This document shows, piece after piece, positions 50,279 to 62,487 of a stretch of 64,000 nt of DNA. The notes under the pieces were generated by a model. The model ran no database searches, had not been told where the DNA came from, and saw only the letters and a program-made list of their open reading frames with translations. The DNA is from Octopus bimaculoides (taxonomy: Eukaryota), in contig NC_069003.1 in assembly GCF_001194135.2 (NCBI RefSeq), forward strand, positions 11,805,529-11,869,528, read 5' to 3'. The position numbers and the translations under genes are program-made. Each line of letters opens with the position of its first letter. Position 1 is the stretch's first letter.

Positions 50279-53091
50279 GGAAGGAGAGGGAAAGCGGCAG
50301 AGGGAGAGAAAAGGTGAGAGCTGTAGGGAGGAAGAGAGAGAAACAGAGAGGGGAGAGAGGAAAGAAAAAGATAGGGGAGAGGAAGATAGGGAAAGATAAA
50401 GATAGAGTGTGAGAAATATATAAGAGAAGGGAGAGAAAAGGTGAGAGAAAGGAAGAAGAGAGGGTGAGAGGGGGAGGGGTGCTACGTTAGATTTTTTTCC
50501 ATTCACAGAAAAGCCTAGAAAGAATGTTGCCTGCTGCAGGAAGGAATTGGATTGGCGCCAGGGGCTGGTTGAGACTGGATTAAGTTCGCAAAAAAAATGA
50601 TAAAATAAAAAAACATGGCTTGTATGAAAAGGGACTATCGTACGTAGCTTTATAGGTTGAGGAAGTAAATATAGTAAATATAGACAGACGGGAACGATGG
50701 AAGTGGAGCCATGTGTGTATGTATATCTGCGTGTGAGTATGTGTGTGTGTTTGAGAGAGAAAGAGAGAGAGAGGGCAAAATGTGTGTCGAGGGTGCGGTG
50801 TGCTTCAAGACATCAATGGTACTAGCAAACAAACCTGGATTAAAATACACTTAAGAACATGTCATTCTAGTGAGCGTGAATGTGTGTATACGCACTTATC
50901 AATTAATGAATGACAAAAGAACAGCTTACGGTTGTTTCTGCTACGACAAGCAGTGCTCTTTCAGAGCTGAGTGCTTGTGTAGTATCCCTATAGTTTCAAA
51001 GCATCAGTATATCGAATTCTAACAATTGGTTATTTGTTAGCAGCATGAGTGGCTGTGTAGTAAATAACTTGCTTACCAACCACATGGTCCCGGGTTCAGT
51101 CCCACTGCGTGGCACATTGGGCAAGTATCTTCTACTATAGCCTCGGGCCGACCAAAGACTTGTGAGTGGATTTGGTAGACGGAAACTGAAAGAAGCCCGT
51201 CGTATATGTGTAAATATGTATGTGTGTGTGTGTGTATATGTTTGTCCCCCCAACATCGCTTGACAACCGATGCTGGTGTGTTTACGTCCCCGTAACATAG
51301 CGGTTCGGCAAAGAAGACCGATAGAATAAGTACTAGGCTCACAAAGAATAAGTCCTGGGGTCGATTTGCTCGACTAAANNNNNNNNNNAGCATTATGTCT
51401 AATTTTATAGATTGCCTATGTGGAGGCACAATGGCCCAGTAGTTAGGGCAGCGGACTCGCGGTTTCGATTCCCAGACGAGGCGTTGTGAGTGTTTATTGA
51501 GCGAAAACACCTAAAGCCCCACGAGGCACCGGCAGGGAATGGTGGCGAACCCTGTTGTACTCTTTTACCACAACTTTCTCTCACTCTTACTTCCTGTTTC
51601 TTTTGTACCTGTATTTCAAAGGACCAGCCTTGTCACACTCTGTGTCACGCTGAATCTCCAAGGGTACATGTGTCTGTGGAGTGCTCAGCCACGTTAATTT
51701 CACGAGGAGGCTGTTCCGTTGATCGGATCAACTGGAACCCACGTTGTCGTATATATATACACGCCTTTGATCTTAGCCAAAAGATACATTGTCAGAGTAG
51801 TCCGGCTGCTGTTCTCGTTTAGCCCTCGGTCAGTCCTGATCTCTTCCATACATATGCCTATATATTATTCTTTTGTTCTTCAGACATTTGACTGCGGCCA
51901 TACTGGAACACTGCCTTTAGTCGAGTAAATTCTTTATAAGCCTAGTATTTATTCTATAGGTCTGTTTTGACGAACCGCTAAGTTACGGAGACGTAAACAA
52001 ACCAGCATCGATTGTCAAGCGATGTTGGGGGAGACAGACACACACATATATATATATATAATGTAACCTCGTGGACATCGGTGGCGATTTTTTCTTCCTC
52101 CGTTTTTCCCTTCTTTGGACTTTCCTTGTTTCCGACGAAGAGCTCTGCTCGAAACGTCATACTCTCTCTTTCCTTTCCCGAGCGTCTAGTAACACAATCT
52201 GTAACTGTTCGCCTCTATCAAGCAGAAGAAACAATGTCACATATTCACAAATGACGTCACAGATTTTTCGGTATTAGTATATGACACCAGACACGAGTAA
52301 ATGTGGATGCGAGTGTGTTATACAATGCAAGACGCAAGCATGGCTGTGTCAGAAGTTCACTTCCCAAGCACGTGGTTTGAGGGTTCAATCCCACTGCGCG
52401 ACACCATAAGCAAGCATCTTCTGTGGACCTAGCCTGACCAAAGTCTTGTCAGTGGATTCGTGAGAAGAAACTCAAAAGAAGCCTATCGTATACGCGAATC
52501 ATAGACAGAGAATAGATAGAGAGAGGAGAAAGTAACATGAGAAATAGACAATAGAGATGACAGAGAGGCGGAGATACCAATAAGATCTCGACCGCCAACA
52601 ATGCGCACGCGCGCACACAATCATATCAAGATATTTAGAAGGAGCATGTTTAATGGTAGCGGTGTTGTCTGAAGATGATCAGACAGGTTTACATTAAATA
52701 TACCACACTTTGATCTTAGCCAAAAGACCGACTGATACATTGTCAGATATACATTGTGTTAAGTAGTAGTCTACCGGCTGCTGTTGTTTAACCCAAGGTC
52801 AGGTCTGATCGCTTCTATTATAATTTTTGGTTGTTGTTTAACCCAAGTTCAGGCCCGATCGCTTCTTTATTATTATTAAGGCGGCGAGCTGGCGGAATTG
52901 TTAGCATGCTGGACGAGATGCTTGGCGGTATTTCGCCTGTCGCTGTGTTCTCAGTTCAAATTCCGCCAAAGTTGACTTTGCATTTTATTCTTTTGGGGTT
53001 GATAAATTAAGTACTAGTGAAACACGGGAGTCGATGTAATCGACTAGTCCCCTCCCCAAAAATGTCAGGCCTTGTGCCTGTAGTAAAAAGG

Positions 53092-53124
<33 letters not shown>

Positions 53125-56100
53125 GTTGTTGTTATTATTATTATTGCAGCAAGGTGGCAGAATCGTTAGCACGCCGGGCGAAATGCTTAGCGATGTTTTG
53201 TCTGCCACTATGTTCTGAGTTCTAATTCCGCCAAGGTCGACTTCGCCTTTCATCCTTTCGGGGTCGACATATTAAGTACCAGTGAAACACTGGGGTCAGT
53301 TAAAGCGACTCATCCCCTCCCACAAAATTTCAGGCCTTGTGCCTATAGTAGAAAGGATTATTATTACCTCTAATTTAGTGAAGGAAGGGGTATTGTTTTC
53401 AGTCGTGTTTGTTTGTCCGTGGCAAGATATCACAAGAACTGCTGGATGGATTCAGATGAAGCTTTCAGGGATGTTTGGCCTCATGACTGGCACGAACTGA
53501 TTAGATTTTAGGATCAATCTGGTACCAGACAAGGATTCGGTATTATTCTTTCCTGTTTTTTTTTACTCAATTTTTGAGAGTGGTTGAGTTCATTTTTTGT
53601 ATTCTCGTTTTTGAGAGCAGTCGAATTTATTTCAGATATTCTCATTTTAATAATCATCTCTGGTTAATCGTTGAGAGGACGTTGGTGTTGCCTTAGTGGG
53701 AAGTTTGTGTTCTATGAGTGCTCTTATTATTATTATTAAGGCAGGGTGTGGGGATAGCAATAAAAAGCTAAAAGAGAAACTAGATGCCAAGTTAGCAAGG
53801 ACAGAAAGAGGTTGCAGATATTGTACAACACATGAAGATCAGAGGTGTGAGGTACTTTGGATTGCAAGGCAGTGTACAAGAGAGAACAGTGATAAAGCTG
53901 GAGAGACGTCTGAACAAAATGACAATGGTAGGCTTGCTTTTACTGATGTAAAAACAGGTACAGAAGAGCTACCACAAACAGTTGATGAGTGTAGAGAATA
54001 CACAAAGAAAGAGAGAGTCTACTCTAATCAGATCCAAAAGTGACTGGCCATTAGCACTTTAACATTCATATTAACCTGTCAAATGTAAGGCTTATTTCTG
54101 CAAATTGCTTTGAATTAACTCTTCAGTATTCAGATTATTCCATCAAATGTAATACTTATTTACTCTCAGTTTTGAATTAATCATGCATTTTTTTGGTAAT
54201 ATCATGATTTAAATGATGTGATTGTAATGTTTTTTTGTTTTTTTTTTAAATGATTGTAAAAGGTCGGATCTGGCCAGTTTGAACATAAAGCAGATTTGTA
54301 GGCTGGATATGCCTGGTTAAAATACTAAAGAGTTTAATCATGTATTACGTTGTAGCTTCAAGATTTCGATGATGTGAGTGTTTATTTTTAGAATGAGATT
54401 GTAGGGTAAGTGTGAAAGGCTGGGTCTGGTCAGTTTTACTCTTTTTTACTTGTTTCAGTCATTTGACTGCAGCCATGCTGGGGCACTGCCTTTTAGTCAG
54501 GCAAATCGACCCCAGGACTCATTCTTTGTAAGCCTAGTACTTATTCTATCGGTCTCTTTTTGCCGAACCGCTAAGTTACGGGGACGTAAACACACCAGCA
54601 TCAGTTGTCAAGCGAAGTTGGAGGGACAAACACAGACACACAAACATATACACACATACATATATATATACATATATACGACGGGCTTCTTTCAGTTTCC
54701 ATCTACCAAATCCACTCACAAGGCTTTGGTCGGCCCGAGGCTATAGTAGAAGACATTTGCCCAAGGTGCCACATAGTGGGACTGAACCCAGAACCATGTG
54801 GTTGGTAAGCAAGCTACTTACCACACAGCCACTCCTGCGCCTATTTGTACATAAAACAACTAAAATATTCTGGCTGGATATGGCCATTGACAACAGTATA
54901 GTAAATACAGGATTAATGATATGAAGACAGGGAAATCAGCTGAAACATAAGGATTAGTGGCCCAAGATCGTTAACCCTTTAGCATTTAATCCAACCATAT
55001 CCAGCCCAAATATTCTTCCTGTTTTATGTTCAAACTGGTCTGATCTAACCTCTTACACCTATCCTACAATGTTGATCTAAAAATAGACAATAACATCAAA
55101 ATCTCAAAGCTATGAGATAATACGAGATTAATTCAAAACAACGAAAATAAATAAGCATTACATTTGACAGGGTAATTTGAACTCTAAAAGGTTAAAGCAG
55201 TTCATATTCAGCCCAAGATTTCATTGCTTGTTTATATCAAGTGTCTTGAATAGGAAACATCATAACAAATTCAGAGATGGCTATAATCTCTAAAGAAAAT
55301 CTGTAGAGATAACTTTAAGGAGGGATACAGCATCAATGGTAACTCTTCCTGGTTGAAAGCCAAACAACATTTCATCTGAACCAATCTGTTCCTAATAAAA
55401 ATTGTTTCAAATTTTGGCACAAGACTAACAGTTTTAAGCAAGGTGTAAACACAGACATAGCTGTGTGGTATCTGGTTCGACCCACTGCACGGCACATCTT
55501 GGCCAAGTATCTTCTATTATAGTCCTAGGCCAACCAAAGTCTTGTTAATGGATTTGGTAAACGGAAACTGAAAGAAGCCTGTAGTGTGTGTGTGTGTGTG
55601 TATATATATACATACACACATATATATATATATATATGCATACACATATATATAGTTGAAATTTACAGAAAAACAAGACGAAGACAGGTGTTCTTAATGT
55701 TAAGAATCAATATTGAACATGTGGAAAATAGTAATGTGGAAATATGTTTGGATCAGTTGTTCTCACTGTTGCATCTACCGCATTGTTCTGCAAAAGAATT
55801 CCACACCTCATTCAATTTATTCCATAGTCCAGTAAATCTGTGTCCTTATATTTTCAAACAAGGGAATCTAGCACCCCCACTCAGCTCAAAACAATATCTG
55901 TGTACCACGATTTCTGGGTTATTTCTCTTCATCAGCACAGAATTGTTCGGCTAGAGGTGGCACTGCCAAATTGCCGTTCAAAATATATAGTTTTCAAAGT
56001 GACAACTAGTCACTGATTTATAGATTCCCTTGTTCGAAAATATAAGGACACAGATCATGTCATATAACCAGCTGGAGACGATGTCTCCTGGGGTAAATTA

Positions 56101-56719
56101 CAGCAACATTTGTCCTAAACCAGGATTGCCATGTTATGTTGGCAAACAATCTTTACTCGAAAGTACTGTTGCTGAAGATCTCATGTTGTGAGATTTAGAA
56201 ATGGTAATGTGGAAATATGTTTGGAATGTTTGGATCAGTTGTTCTCACTGTAGCATTTACTGCATTGTTCTGCAAAAGAATTCCACAGCTCATTCAATTT
56301 ATTCCATAGTCCAGTTTCCAGTGAAAGTATACATGTGGCTATGTAGTTAAGAAGTTCATTTTGCAACCCCATGGTTTCATGTTTACTGCGCTGCAGTCTT
56401 CTACTATCACCCTGGACTGATCAAAGCCATGTAAGTAAGTGCATTTGGTAGACAGAAACTGAATGAAGCCTGTTATGTGTGTGTATAAATATATATATAT
56501 ATATATGAGCGTGGCCGTTTTCGTGTGGGTGACACGTAAAAGCACCCACTACACTCTCTGAGTGGTTGGCGTTAGGAAGGGCATCCAGCTGTAGAAACTC
56601 TGCTAAATCAGACTGGAGCCTGGTGTTGCCATCCGGTTTCACCAGTCCTCAGTCAAATCGTCCAACCCATGCTAGCATGGAAGGCGGACGTTAAACGATG
56701 ATGATGATGATGATGATGA

Positions 56720-56789
<70 letters not shown>

Positions 56790-59700
56790 CACTCATGCCA
56801 GTGCCACAGAAGGACTTGTGCTGGTGCCAACATGAGAGTCTCATGCTGGCACCACATTAAAAACACCCAGCACACACTGTAAAATGGTTAACATCAGGAA
56901 GGGTATTCAGCCAAATCAGACTGGAACTTGGAACAGCTTGCCAGCTCAAGCCAAACTGTCCAACCCATGGAAAACGCACTTTAAATGATGATGATGGTGA
57001 TGATGATTGATATATAAATATCAATGTCATTCATTTCCAATATTCAGCAAAAACAGTCTGGTCAGGGGAAAATATTACCTTACTTGGAAACAGGTAAGGC
57101 AAGACAACAGGAAGGACACCTAATCACTGACATTCTGCTTCAATAAACTCCGTCCAACCCATGCAAGCATGGAATAACAGATGTTAATATAATGATGAAG
57201 ATGATATGTATGCGTGTGTATGCATATGTTTGTGTTTCCTTGCATTAAGATAATTGTAAATGAGCATCACCCTCATACAAGCAGTGTCTTTTGATTCCAA
57301 TCTGCTGTGAAAACATGTCCAGCCATGGGGAAGTATTACATTGCTTGGAAATGGGTGAGGGTAGGCAACAAGAAGAGCATCGGGTCACAGAAAATCTTCA
57401 TAAGCAAATTCCATCTGAGCCATGCAAGCAAGGAAAGGTGGATGTTGAAATGATGACAATGATATGATTGATTGGGATTGTGTTAACATCAATGATGTCA
57501 ACAACAATCAGGCAAAAATAATTTCAGACTGTTGCAATGAAAATCAAAATCAAGCTGTTCACTGCAACTATCAAATCAGTGCTTATTATGGTGATAAAAC
57601 ATGGACACTGACAAAGAAATTATTAAAAGGAATAAATGGATGCTACACAAGGATGCTACGAATGGCCCTAAATGTGAAATGGCAGTAAACATATGACAAA
57701 TGAATGCCTTTAAGGAAACCTGCTGAAAGTTAGCAAGAAAATCAGGCAAAGATGGCTGCGACTATCTGGTCACTTCATGCACCACCCTGAACTGGAAGCA
57801 TCCAAATTAATCTTGTGGAACCTACTTCATGGGGATGTAAGACGAGGCAAACATCATCACACTTACATCAACAACTTGACCACAGACATTGCCTAGAATG
57901 TATCAAGGACCTCAAAGTAGTGATGATGGACTGAAAAGTTTTGCAGGGTAGACCTTGTTGCTGTGACCCGGGTTAGAACCCGGCTATAAATATAATAAAT
58001 GTTGTAATAAAGCACCACAAATGTTGAGGTATGTGTATGAAGCTGTTGTCTGTACATTTCACGATTTTTTCAAGTTATCTTTTTGTAGCCAAGATCATGG
58101 TGTTTTTAAATGATTTTTCAACTAATGCTGTCTTTTCTAGAAAACTAACTAAACTAACTAAACTAGTTTGGTAAATATGGTTTTGACTTAAGAATAATAA
58201 AACTAATCCTTACTATAGAATTAAGACTTGTACCTGTGCTATCTTGTTTTGTGTTAGTGAAGAGAGAAAATAACCAGGCTCTAATGATAAGCATGTGTTT
58301 CCAAACAGTTTTAAGGAATTAAAATGAAGGTGCAGGTGTGGCAAGAAGCTTGCTTCCCAACCACATGGTTCCGAGTTCAATCCCATTGTGTGGCATCTTC
58401 GGCAAGTGTCTTTCCCTATAGCCTCCAGCATACCAAAACCTTGCAAGTCGATTTAGTAGATGGAAACTGTAAAGAGCCCTTAATTTTGCAGCTTTAGTAA
58501 AAAGAACAGACTCCATTGTTGCCAGAAACAACCTCACTTTCAATTTCCTTGCTAACTTTGAACTCCATACCTTTCTCAATTTATGGTATACGCTCCAGGA
58601 AAGAGCTTTCCTTGCTATGATGTCTTTTTCAGTACTTTGTGTCCACGCACCAAAGTATTTGAAATTTTCAACTGCCTTCAGCGACTTACCATCTCTCACT
58701 TTCACTGTCACAGGCATTTCTAGGTTGAATACTCGCAGCTCTGTTTTCTTTGTGTTACTGTACAATCCTTACTAAAGTGTTGAAGAAGCAGTTGGACGGT
58801 TGTTATACGAGGATGCTTAGAACGGCACTCAGTGTCTCCCAGAAGAGTCATACAACAAACGCCGACTTGTACCTGGGACTACCAAAAATAACATTGAAGA
58901 TACAGCATAGAAGGATGAGGTTAGCTGGACACTGCATCAGACACACCGATGAAATTGCTAACAAGCTAGTGCTCTGGCAACCAACAGAAGGAAGAACCAA
59001 GAGAGGAAGGAGGAAGACGACCTATATCAACAACTTGCTGGAGGATACTGGTATGGAAAGGGTACAGGAACTGAGGACCATTATGGAAGATCAAGATGAG
59101 TGGGGAAAACGTGTGGAAACAGTCTTGGGGCGTCCTGAGGGACGACCTAGATAGATAGATTAATAAAAAGTATATTACTCTACCTTTGGTATTCAAGTAC
59201 TATTTCCCCCCCCCCCTTGTTTGGCACTTACATGCTCACCTGTGTGTGTGTGTGTGTGTCTGTGTTTGTCCCCACATCACTGCTTGACAACCAGTGTTGT
59301 TATGTTAATACATCCCTGTAACTCAGCAATTCGGCAAAAGAAACTGATAGAATAAGTACTAGGTTTAAAAAAGTAAGCCCTGGGGTTGACTAAAATCCTT
59401 CAAGGCAGTGGCCCAGCATGGCCACAGTCAAAGGACTGAAACAAGTAGAAGATAAGGTTTTGATAGCTGCTTGCATACCATTTTGTTTTAACAATTTTGT
59501 CCGAAGCTAAGCTTCAGGTCACACACATTCAAAAGATGTCAATTGACAGAAAGCTTTTTAAGACTGTGAACAATAAGGGAGCAGAGAATCCTGCTAATTT
59601 CCCAAACCAAGCAATAATTCGATTCCATTTCCAATGCTATTTTTCATTCTATATCTTTTATCTGTTTCACAGGACTGCAGACATGCTGGGGCACTGTCTT

Positions 59701-61263
59701 GAAGGGTTTGAACAAATCAACCCCCAGTATTTATTTTTTCAAGCCTAGTATGTATTCTTTCAATTTCTTTTGCTGAACTGCTAAGTTTCTGGGACGTAAA
59801 TTAATTGGTACATATATATGTACTTATGTATGTATGTGTGTATGCGTGCGTGCGTGCGTGTGTGTGTGTGTGTGTGTGTGCACCTTTGTCTAAACATCAT
59901 GTGACGGTTGTAAATGAGCATTATCACCATAGTACATGCGAGGTTGTTTGTTCCAGTCTTCCATAAAGAAAAGCATGTTTGGCAATGGGGGAAATATTAC
60001 CTTGCTCGGAAACGGGTGAGGGACAACGACAGGAAGGGCATCCAAGCTGTAGAAAATCTACCTCAACAAATTCCTTATAACCCATGCAAACGTGGAAGAG
60101 TGGACGTTAAAGCGTGAATGATAAAGAATGTGTTTGCTGTAGCTGTTTTAGTTCCAGTTCAACCTCGATTGACCAGACTTAACATTAAAAACATTCCAGC
60201 CAAGGATATCCCTCTGGAAATATAACCGATTATATGTATTCTTCTTTAATCTTGGAAGAGATTTTGACTTCTATATCTAGCAGGTCGATCGACCAAGTTT
60301 AGCTCACTCGATGGTTTGTGTGAGTATTGTAGTTGCTGGGGTTATTGTTATTGCTGTTGTTATAGTTTAGCCCTAGGTCACTTCGACTTAACAGAACTTA
60401 GGATCAAAGGTATTCCAGCAATCACAAATGCAATCTTATTCGTTATCCACATCTTTTCATTGCCCAATGTAGTAGTAGAGTGTTGTTTGATGGGGGATTC
60501 GGCTATGGTTTCCAACGGACGGAGCAACTAGGCAGCAGTTTCCTCGTTGGTAGAAGTCCCAATATGAGTATGAAGCAGCGCAATTGACAGATAAGTCCAT
60601 GTGTGAATACAGACCAATAAGTTTGTGTGTGCGTGAAATAAACATTACAGAGATTTGATATGTAATTTAAAACAAACGTGTGGTACAGTAGAGTTTGCGT
60701 TTGAGAATACAATGTGTGCATTTATGCGTGATTGCGTGCACTTCTGAGGGAGAGGGTGAAGTGCAATCATTATTGGTGAGAATTTGTTTGTATGTATGAA
60801 TATATATATATAAATATGTGTATGTGTCAAACATGACTAGACGAAGCTAACCTGCCATTGTGTACGTGTGGGAATTTAAGAGCTGAAAACAAGATTAAAG
60901 TAAAGTCTAGACAGATTAATGCATGTGTGTGTATATAGACACATACACAACACACCAACACGCTAATCAATGTAAATACATATAGTTAATTTGAAGATAT
61001 CAAGTATATTAAGCTAGTCCCCTATACTGACTATATATTTCTTTCAGAAAGCATTCCTGAGGAATTACCCCCTCCCACTTGGTCATATTGAAAAATAAAT
61101 GAAACAAACAAACAAACAGACACACAGACATCCAAATGCAACTGACACACAAATATACTCATTCATATATGTTTTGTTTGCACAGGAGTGAATGAATGAA
61201 ACTTTTTCCTTTGTTAACATTTCCTCAAGGAATCAATGGACATTGCATGTCTGTGCTTGATAA

Positions 61264-61295
<32 letters not shown>

Positions 61296-62446
61296 TAGAA
61301 AGATACAAGGTAGTTTTTTTTAGACCAAAGACTGACGGTATGTATATATAAAGAGAAGCATACAGGTAGACAGGCGGGCAGACAAGGATAGGGAGTCAGA
61401 CAGAACCAGGTAGACAGCAGAAGTTCGGATTGGATAGACTAACGGACAGACCAGACTGGGTAAACAGTCGGTCACCGAGGATTAGGTAGAGAAACGGTCA
61501 GGCACGATTAGGTAGACAGGGAAGAAAACTTGGTAGACATGGAGAGAGATCGAAAACTAGGTAGACAGACAGGAGTAGGTAGACAAAAAATGGACCGGAC
61601 TAGGTAGAAAGATGGACAGACTGAGCTAGATAGACAGATGAGCAGACAGTTGGAGGGAGGAGGCGGGACTAAATAGACAGACAATCAAGGTTAAGTAGTC
61701 AGAGGAAGACAGGTCTAAGTAGACAGACAGATGAACAGAGAAGACAAGGAAGATGGACAGAAAGAGAGGGCTTAACAGACAGAGTAACAGAATTTGGTAG
61801 ACAGACGGAGAGGATTTGGTAGATAGGCATACCGATGGACATAGGTAGACATCAGACAGATGAAAAGGGCTAGGTAGACAGTGCTGGACGGACGGTTAAC
61901 GGACTGACAAGCCTAAATTGACTGACAAACAGAACCAAGATACGCAAAGAGTTGGATGACCAAAGGTTGGTAGACAGACACGCACGAACTGGACAAAGAT
62001 AGACTAGGGCAGACGGTTAAGACAGGTAGACAGGCGACGGACAAAACCAGATAAACAAACAACAGGTGGCCAAACTGACAGAAAAGTCAGGGGACGTTGT
62101 TTGTGAGTATGTGTGTATGTAATCAAAATAAACATTTTAAAGACTAACATGGAATGAGGTTCCAAGAAGGAGAGGACATACAGAGAGAGATCTAACAGAG
62201 AGGAAAATTAAGCAGAGAGAGAAAGATATACACAAATACTTATAATTTTTGAAAGTATCGTTTGGTCACACGGATCAATTCAATATATTACTGGTAAATA
62301 ATTAATAACAGGAAATGAAGATAGATATATAGATACACCCTAGTATAATATACATATATTAAAGTGAGTACGAGTGTGTGTAAAAATGTATGTATAAATT
62401 CCCATACATAAATATAACCAGATTTATATAGAATTTATACACGAGG

Positions 62447-62487
<41 letters not shown>

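Noticed and set aside
56168-56212. CTGAAGA-hairpin-GAAATGGTA hammerhead-like string
   Set aside because: Four extra nucleotides precede GAAA and there is no stem I pairing.
22190-59450. tRNA-like A/B boxes at many sites
   Set aside because: They are SINE heads that continue into SINE bodies; no complete cloverleaf was found, so no tRNA gene is called.
60420-60660. CpG-rich non-repeat stretch with short ORFs ([10 protein letters not shown]...) and an AATAAA
   Set aside because: No recognisable homology, no convincing splice pair and no dibasic neuropeptide sites.
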